64,000 nucleotides of DNA from Octopus vulgaris (taxonomy: Eukaryota): contig OX597821.1 in the NCBI GenBank assembly GCA_951406725.2, positions 55,676,001 to 55,740,000 on the forward strand, written 5' to 3'. Positions 51,391-64,000 of this stretch are shown in pieces (position 1 is the stretch's first letter; every line of letters starts with the position of its first letter). The notes beneath the pieces are model-generated. The model was not told the origin of the DNA. It worked only from the letters and a program-made list of their open reading frames with translations, and did not search any database. The translations under genes were made by a program, and so were the position numbers.

Positions 51391-54300
51391 ATATTTATCT
51401 TTATTTAAGTAAAATATTTCTTAGTTACAAGATTAATGTTTGTCATCTACTCCTTAGATATTGGGTGAAATCAACCACCCAATATTACCCGTACAGTTTA
51501 AAAGAAACGTTTGTTATGAATTGTAAACTTAAACTTTTCATACGGTAACTGTTATGTGTGGGAACTAGAATAAATTTATTCTGCTGCTGTTTGTGTTAAA
51601 CTTCTCACGAATAAGTGGTACTATGAAACCAGCAGCTAATAAAGTATCTTTCTAGTAACAGCAGCTAGTAGAGTAACTTACTATATACTTAGCTGCTTCT
51701 TGCGTTTAGAGAATGACAATAGCTTATGACGTCTGTGTATCGTCTGCGCATTATTTTAAGGTTAATATGTTATGTGATTCTGTTGAATGATATCGAGTTC
51801 GGAGTACAGAAAAAGTTTACTATTTTGTCTATATGCAAACTTAACTTTTTGCTGCTTGCTGCTATAATTCAGATTATATGATCGACGACTATTAGTTAGA
51901 GGTTCAAGTAATAGTTGTTTTTAAAGAAGAATGTGATATGAAAACGTTTTTGAAAGTGGGTTATGTAGAGACATGTGACCGCGAGCAAGAAGCCTACATT
52001 TCACAGACATACAATCCATCAAAGTGAAGTTAGACTTTTTTTCTTCTACTTTTGATATCGTAGAATATACTTTCTCTGAAATGATTTCTTGAATAGAATA
52101 TGCTAACGTTTATTGAAGAATATTTTCCTTCAATAAAGTATAGTATAGGTCTTCCAATGAATAAGTTTTTTTTTATGGAAAATTTGAAATCTTTTGAGGG
52201 AACATTTCAAGTAAACTAATATCGATATTGTAGAAATCCTCTAAACTCTGTTTCTTGGAATTCTCATTGATTAATCAGTTAAAGTATTTTATTGGATTAA
52301 TTCCCTCACTACCACATTTAACATCAATTTTAGTGATATTAATAATTCGGAAACCAGTTTTATTTCATTTTGCTGTTATATTGACGTCATAGTAATTAAT
52401 TACTGAAGAAATCAGATTTCCTGAAGCAGCTACAATTTTAGCCTTATAATATAAACCATCACCGTCGCTTAATGAATTCCTTTTATAAGGCATAAATAAA
52501 TACACCAACTGATGCTACTACTACTAATAGTAGTTTTCCTACTGCTACTACTTCTAAAATGCTTCACTATTTTCATTAATATTGCCGTGTCAATATTGTT
52601 ACATTCATTGTTTGAAACATCATAGGCAGTCTATCGACCCTAAATTTCGTTTTCGATTCCAATTCCTTTCTTTGTATATTTGATATTGTTGTAGGGGAAA
52701 TGGTACACTCCTGCGACGAGAGAAGTAGTATAAGGGACCCGCTCTAAAGTGAAGCGACATCAACCAGTATAGGGAGTCATGTATCAGTCGTTGTACTATT
52801 TCACAGTTGGAATTAAGTGTCAGTTATGTGTTATAGTCGAGTTCGAATCACAGTGAAGGTAGACGGTTCAAATTTGGTGTCTTGCAGAGCTATCAACGAT
52901 TGCACGATAGAAAATTCAGTGTATCACCATTCCGGTATACAAGTGATACGCTATATCCGATAACAAGAAGATATCATGGCTACTAGAGTAGATGCAATAT
53001 CTACAGTCACAAGAGTGGCCATACATTATAAATGTGGAAAACACATCATAACAGATATCCTATACAATTCTCGACTTCTTGGAACTACATGATAGCATCT
53101 GTTACTCCGACGAGACTAGGACTCCACAGATGAATATTTTTCTTCAGTCTACTATGACTGTAGCAATGCACACGATAAGACAGTCTGGCAGCTGTGAAAG
53201 ATTGCCTGCCAGTCGTTTCCAGGTACTGTTTTTTTACGTTGGATGCATTTTTCTTCGGTAGCTTCTTTTCTCGTCTTCTTAAACGCCCATATAGTTCCAA
53301 TCTCTAGTTGGAGGGATCATCTGCAATGTCGTCACAACTTTCAAATGTTGGTGGATTTAGGTAGAGGGTGTACGCACCCTCCTCGTCATCATCGTCAAGA
53401 TGTCTTATAGATAGAATAAATTCAGGTTATTTAATATCGTGTAATCAAGTTGTAGGTCGACGTTGCACATATAATTTCGTTTCCCTGACATTTAAGATTC
53501 AATCAATTTTAATAATCTCGAAATTGTCAGAATATTCAATCTTTATTTCTTCAGATATATTATGCTTACCAATGTTTATAAGAATTTAAATTAATGAGAA
53601 CTTGCAGTTGTCGCTTTATGAGATATGTTAGAAATTATTTCACAGTCGACCTGTAGAACACTATATTCTTCACCACCACAAATTTGCTAACTTTTTCAGG
53701 TTTTGATAGCTTGCCAAAATATTTAATATTTGGGGACGTGAAACAATGCTCACAGATTGTGTCTCAACATGTATGAAATAGTATGTGGAAGATTTCACAT
53801 GATTTGACTATTGAAATTATGGCTGTTACATTCGCTATATCATCATTAGAAACCACAGAGCAAGGATGATTATAACGTTCGTAAAATTAAAGTTTTGGAT
53901 TTCTATTCTTAATGAAAATGGTTGTTTTTAACTGATAACAATCTATGAAACGTTTCAAAATTTTTGAAACCACAACCAATAAATACTGGCTTCAAGTTAC
54001 TTATATATTATTACAATATGCATTTTCTATAAACGTTTTTCTTTTAGAAGGAGCGCCAACGAGAAGAATTATGAACTACACTATTTAATTTCGTTCCTCA
54101 ATAAGTTAACATCAGATTCTAAAATAGTTAATTTTACCTTTCACCACATCTATTGGCAATAATAACTGGTCATAACCTGGGCTGATCATTATGAATAGCT
54201 TTGTGATAATTTAAGATACTAATAAATATAATGTGCATAATTTAGTGTTATTCGTGCGTGTAAGTGTGTGCGACAGAAAGGAAGAGAGAGAGAGAGAGAC

Positions 54301-54799
54301 TGAGCTTTAGACTGTGGGTTGCTGTGGAGATAAACAGAGTAGAAGATAAAAATGTTGAGAAACAAGGAATTCTGGAAATTTCTTTTGCAGTTCCCGGGTG
54401 CCACATTCTCAAGTAGCATCCCCAGCTACTTCGTTCTCGTCGACGGCTATAGTTTTCCAGATTTCATCGCTATTATCCACTACTATTCCTCAGTATATTG
54501 CTGAAGTAGAGGGCAGTAAACACCTGGCAATATTCCAGTGTATGGCAACCAAACGTAGGTCGTAATCTCTTCAGTTTATTCTGGCCGTTTGTCTGGCAGC
54601 TTACTATACTCTTTGACAGCTTAAACTTGCTTCTCCATGTGCCAAGCTGTAGCCCACCGGCTTGCCTGGATTTATCTTTGTTCCTTTTATAGCCTCAACT
54701 TATTTCTGAATGGAGCCAACTATTTCTCTTCCAAGGTGTGCGACATCATTCTGGTGTGATCATCTATATTCGTCAACAAAGCCCATCCATTCAAAACAT

Positions 54800-55133
54800 C
54801 TATCTTCCCCTGCATTTTCTAGGGAAACAACGCGTATAAAAGAAACAAGAACATCTTTGATGGACCAAGCACGTGGTATATGAGACGCACATGAGGAAAG
54901 CGTTACTCATATAGCAATGAATGTAGCGTGCTGGCGCAGAAAGAATACAAGAAAAGACATGACAATCTAGGAAGGGCAATCCACTGGGAGCTATGTAGAA
55001 CGCTAAGATTTGAACATACTGATAAATGATATGAACAATAGAAAGTAAGAAATGCAAGATGTTGTGGGATCTTAACATTCAGACTGACAAAGTAATAGAA
55101 GCTAGAAGGCCTGATATGGTGGTGGTGGTGGTG

Positions 55134-55229
<96 letters not shown>

Positions 55230-55600
55230 AATGAAGAAAATAGAAAATGCTAGATAATTGACTTCACAGTCCTAATGTTGGAAAATTTTATTTGAGAGGT
55301 ATAGAAAAAATAGCAAAGTACCAGGACCTACATATTGAATTACAGAAGCTATGGAAAGTGTGGGTAAAATGTATTCCAGTAGTTATAGGTACATTGGGAA
55401 CTATCCCTAAAGATCTGAACAGTTGGATAAAGGAAATAGACATAAAACTCAGTTTTATACAGTTTAATACATCTCCAGAAAACAGTGTTATTAGGGACAG
55501 CTGGGATAGTTAGGAGGGTTCTTGGCATCTAAGGTTACTTGTTGTAGGCCGATGTTAGGATTATTTTCTTTCCCAACAGTCTAATCTGATGAGTGTATAT
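54800..55600 (+). pseudogene. 3' end of R4/Dong-like non-LTR element: restriction-like endonuclease, with (TAA)n tail
   Basis: C..LA.KEYK.RHD...IHWELC, LWDLNIQTDKVIEARRPD, IIDF, EKIAKYQDL, IPVVIGTLGTIPK, LQKTVLLGTA; followed by (TAA)n. Confidence 0.88.
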
Positions 55601-55601
55601 G

Positions 55602-55690
<89 letters not shown>

Positions 55691-55699
55691 AAGAAGAAG

Positions 55700-55730
<31 letters not shown>

Positions 55731-55732
55731 GC

Positions 55733-55794
<62 letters not shown>

Positions 55795-55809
55795 TAATAA
55801 TAATAATAA
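55602..55809. repeat. Compound trinucleotide tract (TAA)n(GAA)n(CAA)n(TAA)n
   Basis: Directly visible. Confidence 0.97.
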
Positions 55810-57199
55810 AGGTTGACAAAAAATCGATGACGATACAGGGTAGGATGGCATAAAAATTACTTGTAAACAAAAAATAATCAAAGACAAATTCCTCCGAAGT
55901 GGAGACATTTCAGGCAGATACTCGAAACTTCAAAAACAATATGCTCACCCTGACAACTAAACCAAGTAGCCTCTCCCAGATGTTTTTTCCAACCTACAAT
56001 CTCATGCTTAGAACAGGCTCGTTCACTTAGACCATGCTCAACAATGCTCAACTCTCACTTTCTTTTCCAGGTGAAAGTTTTAAAAGCTGATGAACGCTTA
56101 GTTAAAGAGAAAGATGTCTGTCTTCAGCCATTTTATCTCCGTCCTCTAATTATTCTCTTCTGTGAAGGCTACCATTAGAAAAAGCTGCCTACCCTTCCCG
56201 GTCAAAGGAGGGTGGTGCGATAGTCTTTATACTTGGGCATTAGTTGTTTGACATAACTCCTCAAGTCAACAATGTTTGAATAGCACTGGTCTAGTGCGTG
56301 GAGAACGGTTTCATTGCTATGCACTCATCACGGTTGATGGCTTTGCGTGTCTGTAGAGATTATTTCTTCCTAGTAGCACGACCAGGGCAAAGATTTCAGA
56401 AAATTGACCTTGAGTCTAGACCAGAAAGTTCTTTGGAGTAGACCCACTAATAGATTTTCATCAAGACACAGTTTTCTGAGAATGTTGTAGCCTTTTACTC
56501 CCCACTAATCTTCTATAGAACACCAATGCAGTACTTCTAGCGGCTGTATTGCTCCATTTGTAAAGGGATGTGAGTATTTGACATTACAGATACCAAATTT
56601 CGTCGGTGTTGACCTAGGACAACAGCTGTATCAAAGAGGCGAACTGACGGAAAAGTATTTGACAAACGGTGACCGCACATGTTCAGTAGGAACAAATCAC
56701 TAGACGTGAAACCTCAGAACATGCCTACGGCGTACCCGGTCCTCCAAGCAGCAGTTATTGGCAACGAATGCGGCGCCTAAGAGCAATTGTAGCTTGCTCA
56801 TAAACTTAAATATAAAGATGGTAAAATAAAATGACATATGATAGATTATTAGTTTAGTTGAATTGTACATTCCATAATCTTGTCTACGAAAACGTTCCTC
56901 GAATTATATTTGAGTGCACCAGTGAACATATTTTGATATATTTGATGTGGAAAGATACCAACATCTTGAAGGTATTTATTTTCTTTTAATTTCAGTATGA
57001 CGTCATAGTTTTCATTTTTGATTTGATAATCTGTCTTTTACGTGTAATTCATATTCTGCACTCTATTACATTTGTGCAATTATAACTTCAGAGAGTCTGT
57101 GGTACCAGCGTAATTTCATCTATTAAATGTTTATTTGATTTTGGAGAACGGAGCATCATAGGTCATCTTTGTTATTACCATTTACTTATTCACCCCATT

Positions 57200-57900
57200 T
57201 ACTTATACACACCAGGAGGTATTTCGTTGTTGCTAGGAAGAAGTTGTTTCTTCTCACCTGTTTTCGTATTTTTATGTTGGGTTTTCTTTTTCAGCAGTTT
57301 TTCCTTTCATATTATTACCAACACTTTGGAAGTATTCATCTGCAGCTATAATTGCTTCCTCATCGCACAGTAACAGTGGGGTAGTATGGGTTGGCACTGC
57401 TAGGTGGTGAGGTATTTGCTCACCTATTTCTGATATTGGGCTTAAAGTTATTTCAATTGCCAAGCCCAGCGATTTGGTTTGTGATACTGAGGAAACAGAG
57501 ACTTTTCAGTTTATGGTTGCTGTTGATACCATTATTTCGTTTACTGTATTTCTGTTCCTCCAAGCATCCAGCTCTGGGTTGTGTTTTACTCCGCCATATT
57601 TAACAACTAAATTTTCAGCTTGTATCATTAAATCCATGCACTTAGTCTCGGTGCCTTCTCTGGGCACAGTTCGGTTAGGCTTTGTGACCCTCGGTTGCCA
57701 TTATTAGGACTTCTAAATTTATTTTGACGCCCTGCTATGACTATTCCTCCATACTGCGATATATATGTGACTACTAGCAATGGATCTAAGTTGTTAAATG
57801 TGTCTTATTGCCACACTAGAGTGCTTATGTAGTTGGGCATAAATGCCATAGATTTTAACGCTTTCATTTGAAAAAAATTCTGATATGTTCTGAAGAGACT
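57200..57900 (-). pseudogene. Possible highly decayed R4/Dong-like RT N-terminal fragment
   Basis: Weak minus-strand motifs (HNPELDAW, KSLGL resembling KAPGxD); adjacent to the plus-strand fragment at 58100. Confidence 0.3.
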
Positions 57901-58099
57901 CGTTATACTACATGACGTCAGTGGAGAATCGTCCTACTTTCGTCTTTCTGTTAATAGAGACATATATTGTTACTCTTTAATCTCTTTTGGATTACCTTCT
58001 GTGATAAAAATATGTTGTTCGATTTTACGAACTACTCCGACCTACATTTTTGTTGTGAGTGTTAGATATTAGAGTTTTCTATATTCATTTTGGAGATGT

Positions 58100-59560
58100 T
58101 ACCACCAATATTCAGGATATTTTATATCATGTCGTAAAGTTCTGGAAAACTACATCAATTGTCAACACAAACACTACAACTATAAATTCTGGAGAGTCAC
58201 TATTCATCTTTCAAGGAGACTAATTTTCTCTTTTGTTATTTTATTTAGCATTGTTTCCTTTTAGTAAATTCTTGAGTGAAACAAATTATGGAGACAAGAT
58301 GTATGCGAAATCCAATAACCAACTTCTTTATATGGATGAGTCGAAACGTTTTGCGAAAGCTGATCAACAATTGCAAGCGCTCTTTCATACGGCCAAACAA
58401 TTTAGTGATGACATCAAAATGGAATTTGGGATTGACAAGTGCGCCTAGGCTACATTTGTCAAGAAAAAGCTATCAAATACATACAACACCACTCTAGCAA
58501 GAGATACAGAAAGAAAAGATTTAGAACTTGATGGTAGTAAGAAATATCTAGGTGTTTATGAAGGAAATAAAAATAAGTGCTCAATAGTAAGAGAAAAGTT
58601 AAGAAAGGAATGCTATCATTAAGTAAGGGCTATTATGGGAATTGGGTTCAATACCAGAATCAAAACTTAGGCCATAAGCACGTTAACCAAATAGTCACAT
58701 ACAGCTTCAATGTTACTAACTAATAATCTCTGAGATAACAAAGTTGTAAAATCCGTAAACTAATGAATAGGCATTATATAAATCACCCAAAAAGTAGGTC
58801 GATTAAAAACTTCCGAGAAAATAAAACTCAGTGGTTAATACAATCTCAATCCTATTAATAACTGCAGCGATGGGTCTTGCTGCATACCTGCAAGAAGTAA
58901 GAAGTTGTATGTTAGAGCTGATTCTGAAATATAGACATACCAAACAGTTGGACTCAGTGACGTAAAATGCAATAATACACCTTCAGGATATGCAGTTGGG
59001 TGAACCAGTAGCCGAAGAAAACGCTTTACCAACTGAAAAAGCGAACCAAAAGAAAGACATACGGAAAGCCAAACAAACCACCCTGCGATACGCTAAGTAG
59101 AAATAGAAGCAAAAACCACAGCATGGCAAATAAGTGATAAAGGCCAGGGACCCTGGTGTAGACCAAACTATTACTCATTAGCAGCTGGCGTGCTCTGGGC
59201 TCGAGCCGGAAACTGAAGGGAATAATATGGCTCCTCGGGATCAGTACATTCCAACCAAGAATTACCAGTGTAGAGTTCTGGAACATGAAAATAATCCATC
59301 CTGTCACGTATGCGGAGACCGTCGTGAGAAAATCGGCAACATCGACTGCCACTAATAGAGTACTTGCAACGACCTGACAGTGTTGTCTCAGTACATACAG
59401 TATCAATATACCGCACATACAACCTCACATACAAAGAGAGTTGATGAGAACATAAACCACCATAAGTAGTCGAGGATGCTGAAGGCAGCATCCTTTGGAA
59501 TTTCGGTGCTGAGAGTGATCGGAAAATTCAGAATAACCGACCAGATATCATTCTGGCTAT
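58100..59560 (+). pseudogene. Decayed R4/Dong-like non-LTR element (RT through RLE start)
   Basis: IFQGD..SLLLF.LAL.P, NQLLYMDE.K.FAK, QFSDDIKMEFGIDKCA, KYLGV.E, ETEGIIWL.RDQ.I.T.NY, ILWNF....DRKIQNNRPDII. Confidence 0.85.
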
Positions 59561-61087
59561 TTAAGGCCGTAGTTCATAACTTTGCTTTTCAGCCTTACTG
59601 GGTCGACAAAAATGTTGCCGGTGAGAACTGTAGTCGTTTTAATCGATAGAACACTGCCTTCTATATTCTGGCCTTGCGCCTTTGTTTTTATTATTATTTA
59701 TGTCTTCCTCCTAATTGTTCTCGTTAAGAAAGCTGATGAAGTACTGATGATTATGGTGTTGACGATGACACCAGCGAGGACAAGATAATGACGACAACGA
59801 CGATGACGATGATGATGATGGTGATGAGGATCATAGGGGAGTGGTGGTGATGGTGGTGGTGCAGTGACGATGATATGGTTGTTTATTAAGACTTAGATTT
59901 ACATTATCTTAATAGCTTATTAATAACTACTTAATAGCTTATTAATAACCAAACTCTGATCTGTCCACTAAGCCATAAAGTGCTTTTCGTATAATGATAG
60001 TAATAAGTAGTGATAGAGTTTATGGCGATCTTGTATCATTAGTTCTTTTAATGGAGATCAATGTGTCCGTAGTAGTTATGAAAGAAAGGTAAAAGATAAT
60101 TTTTCCAGTTAAAAGATATTGCAATGAAGATGATAGATACACCACACGATTATACGCAAAGCATGTGATGTCTTAGTGAACAGGTTAGAGTCTAGTTATA
60201 ATATTAATAAAATGAAGATGGAGTGTTGGTTAAGAAACGAAACAGCTAATTGCTGAAACTGTATGTCAGAATTCATCTGTTATGTAAGAGAAAAGTTGAG
60301 TAAAACGTTTATTATAGTTTCTTTATTCACACAACAACCGGTTTCGTTAACTTTTAGTATATGTAGCTGCTCTCAACATAATAACATTTTTTGGCGGTTG
60401 CAGAGAACTATATTATTGAGTAAAGAGTAATATTTCTCTCTTTGATAGTTGCTTTAATCTGCAATAAGGCTCTACCATTCAAAGTAGTTATATGTTAATG
60501 TATAAAGTTGCATTGGCGCCTATCTCTTTATATGTCTTTTAGGTACAATAAGATCCAAAAATTATGAAGCGATAATGGGTTATCATGTACAATTATCTGC
60601 AATGTGTGTATTCAAACATAATTTCTTTGAATTCTTAAGGCCAATACTAATATTTTAAACCTTCTTGTATATCTTGATCTAGTAACACAGTTTAAAAACT
60701 TGTGACTATATCCTTCGTATACCTTTGTGAACCACTTAAGCCTAATCACTTGAAAATCACTAATTTTTATTTATTGAGGTTGATGTTATTCACTGCGACA
60801 GAGGTTACTGCCAATAACCATCAAAAGAACTTGCGATACAAAAGTTCCATAACATCTGTCATTACGTGTTATTATCGTAATTACACAAAATGCTCAAAAA
60901 CACGAATGTAATAGTATAGGAATCAAGATATTTACATATTAAAACCATATATGTAATAATTTAAAACTGTAAAGAGTGAAGTGAAAAATACTATGGTTTT
61001 GACATTTCTAAAATCAATTACTGAAACGCAAATGCTCAATATGGAATGAATATTGCAAAGACTGCAAAATTAAATAAACGATTATCT

Positions 61088-61465
61088 CTTATTTGTTTCA
61101 GTCAGATTAGACTGCGGCCATGCTGGGACACCAACTTCCAGAAGTTTAGTCGAACGAATCAAACCAAGTGTTCATTCTTAAGCCAGGTATTTATCTATCG
61201 TTTTCTTAAGCGAAACCAATAAGTTATAGGGACGTAAAAACATTAATACTAGTTGTCAATCGGTGAGGAGGCGTGGTAAAAAAAAACTGACACAAAGACA
61301 TACTCATATATACATATATACGACGAGCTTCTTTCAGTTTCCGCCTACCAAATCCACTCACAAGACTTTGGTCGCCCCAAGGCTAGAGGAAAAGACACAT
61401 ACACAAGATGCCATGCAGTGGGACTGAACCTGGAACCATGTGGTCGCGAAGCAAGCATCTTACTA
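61088..61465 (-). mobile_element. Complete SINE family A (head, core, short internal microsatellite, tail)
   Basis: Tail 61088-61300 and head 61321-61465 are joined by only ~20 bp of TA/CA repeat. Confidence 0.85.
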
Positions 61466-62449
61466 TTATATCATACATAGTTTATCTGAAAGAATATGCA
61501 TTTTACCTTGAGTAAAGTTTTAGAATATTTTGAAAGTAAAATTGCTTCTAACAACTAAAATATTATTCATAATATTTTTATATTTAATATTATCATATGT
61601 TTTATATCTATCTTCTCCCTTATATGTTCAGTTATTGACTGATTCATTCAATACCAGTTATTGCTATAGGTGGTTTAGTAGAGCAGATGATTGACGGAAA
61701 TGGAATATAAAAATGTATTTAATATATTACTCGCCAATAATTCAATTTATATAATGCCTCCCAGTGATTTTTATTATTGTGTATGAAATCAATGAAATAT
61801 AAACAGTAAAGCATATTTGTATTAAATAAATGTCTTCAAAAACCAAAAAGTGAAATAGATTTAAAACATAAAAATACATTAAACTGGCGATATATTTTTT
61901 CAAAGACAGACTATCGTTAGATAAAGCTGCTCACATCGAAAAGTATGATCTCATAGAAACAAGTCAAGTCGTAGATAATGATTGGCTTTTGTTAAAATAT
62001 GCGTACAACACAAGGTTCAGAAATATGAAGCAACGTATTCATATAACTTTTATGTCAAAAAGTGTATTTGACAACGTTGAATATTACTGAAATATGGACT
62101 GGTTTCCATGGTAGTTAGTATATAAAGTAGAACAGATGAAATAGAATTTGATAAATTTCTATGGCTTCTTTTAATGCATTTCTATTCTGTTGCAATTATG
62201 AACGGTGGATACAGATTCACAATGAACTAATTATTAATTCATTGATAAGGAATCATCAGTAACTCGATACATAAACGAATATTTCCAGTGGTATCTCTCG
62301 CTTAATTTTGTTGACGTTTATTGTTAAGTATTGGCCAAAGATATATGCATAGACATAAGTACATACGTATACACTCACACATTCACACCTACATATTTGT
62401 ATCTTTTCGGTAGACGAAAATACAGGAGGATCAGTTAACTATGATTTTA

Positions 62450-62583
62450 TTCAACATATTCCCTTCTGACATTCACATATTTTTGGCAGCGGTCCTTTAG
62501 TTTTTCTAAGCCCAGTAAAAAAACGCAGAAGGATGGGTCTCCAACGTGGTCTTTCGTGATAACTTTTCAGCACCCCTTCGTAT
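62450..62583. mobile_element. Mariner-type terminal fragment
   Basis: Ends in aacttttcagcaccccttcg-TA, a mariner-like TIR; no partner TIR seen. Confidence 0.4.
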
Positions 62584-62655
62584 ATGCATATGAATATATG
62601 TATGCCTACAGCTATGAAAATACACATACATACGTACATATATACATATATATAT

Positions 62656-62700
<45 letters not shown>

Positions 62701-62701
<1 letters not shown>

Positions 62702-63546
62702 TAGCAGAATTGCCCGGCGTTGCTCGGGGCTGAATTACTTGAAAGTACTGTTAATGATTGCACTGAATGATGATGATTATTCAGGCAAATATTGATATAA
62801 GTTTACGCTGTGAGATAAGGACTTAACGATCAAACGTGTGCCATTGCATTGTTTTGGGGGAACCAAATTTCTGATGAGCATTATAGGGGCACCAACTTTA
62901 AGTTTGAGAATATGTGGTGGTAGTCCGGGGTGCTCAAAGGAATTGAGTACCTCTATTGGATAGTTGATGACGTCCTCTGGGTCAGGAGTAGTATCGATAG
63001 ACTGATATACATAGACTTCCCCAGGAATGAGTTTTAGCATTTCATCATTAATATGGTGAACAGTTTTATTCCTTGGGGCCAGTATAGCCTTTTTGCCAAT
63101 CCAATCCATATTCTAATAATTAGCTTGTAGATCTTGGAACACTGCATCTCTGAGATCAGAAGGCGTCTTAACAATGGTACAAATGGAATCGATGGCAATA
63201 TTACCATTTTCATCCCCTGGTATTTTGCCTTCGCCAAGTGCAATGAGGGTGTGAGGAAATGCTGCTGATGTGATATTACGTCGCATATGAGCACGCATAT
63301 TGGTGTGAAGTTTGAGAGTTACTTCCCTTAATTTTAAAAAAATGCATTAAAATGGGAAAAAATGATGGTAAATTATTTGTAAAATCGTAGACTCATCGTA
63401 GACGCGCGCTAATACCCAGAAGGGCTCGATATGAATCACGACTATAAGATACTCGGTTTTGGTTAAACTGCATCGCAAAATGTGGGAGTAGTTAGGAATC
63501 TAAATCGGAGTAGACAGACACACAACCTTTCTTTTATATATAAAGA
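62701..63546 (-). mobile_element. Non-autonomous Helitron carrying a PIF1-like helicase fragment
   Basis: 5' A|TCTTTATATATAAAAG, 3' hairpin CCCGAGCAACGCCGGG then CTAG|T. Internal AILAPRNKTV..IN, YPIEVLNS...GLPPHILKLKVGAPIMLIRNL...CNGTRL. Confidence 0.92.
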
Positions 63547-64000
63547 TTTTCGTCCTAAAAAACTTTGTATGGAGTGAATGGTTACCTCTATGGAAATATA
63601 TACACACACATTATACATACATGTGTGCATAGATGAATATATAAATACATTTAAATATCTATATACACTTTTGGGCGATCTTTCTGCTTCTTAGAGATAA
63701 CTTTAGATGTTATTTTCGTCCTAAAAAACTTTGTGTGGAGTGAATGGTTACCTCTATGGAAATATATACACACACATTATACATACATGTGTGTATAGAT
63801 GAATATATAAATACATTTAAATATCTATATACGCTTTTGGGCGATCTTTCTGTTTCTTAGAGATAACTTTAGATCTTATATTCGTCCTAAATAACTTTGT
63901 ATGGAGTGAATGGTTACCTCTATGGAAATATATACACACACATTATACATACATGTGTGTGTCTATATACACTTTTGGGCGACTGCTACTTAGAGATAAC
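63547..64000. repeat. 166-bp tandem repeat, ~2.7 units, runs off the window
   Basis: ttcgtcctaa..aactttgt.tggagtgaatggttacctctatgg recurs with cgtcc at 63551, 63717 and 63883. Confidence 0.93.

Noticed and set aside
52686-53400. Possible LTR start (TGTTGTAGGGG...TATAAG) and short acidic/basic ORFs
   Set aside because: No partner LTR or recognisable domain.
63547-64000. CRISPR-like periodicity
   Set aside because: Whole units are repeated with no unique spacers, and the context is eukaryotic.

Overview
AT-rich, microsatellite-dense eukaryotic DNA. The SINE families and repeat landscape suggest an octopus or other cephalopod intronic/intergenic region (inference). I found no convincing host-gene exon, and most ORF-track entries are microsatellite artefacts. 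The centrepiece is a young, apparently intact Penelope-like retroelement (PLE; 12389-18072, minus strand) inserted in (TA)n. It has ~1.2-kb near-identical pseudo-LTRs, a coiled-coil/low-complexity ORF1 and an RT + GIY-YIG ORF2. ORF2 overlaps ORF1 in the -1 frame at a U-UUU-UUA heptamer that is conserved in a second, divergent PLE at 30357-32200, suggesting programmed -1 frameshifting (a splice acceptor is the alternative). Each pseudo-LTR carries a non-canonical hammerhead ribozyme (UUGAUAA/GCAA core) downstream of a duplicated E2F/CCAAT/E-box module. Four more hammerhead-like motifs and two long fold-back palindromes containing hammerhead halves lie beside (TA)n tracts. Other content: a decayed Gypsy element, mariner, Chapaev-like, Tigger-like and Helitron DNA elements, R4/Dong-like LINE fragments, a third (Hydra-type) PLE remnant, several tRNA-derived SINE families and a 166-bp tandem repeat. 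All alignments and folds were done by eye.
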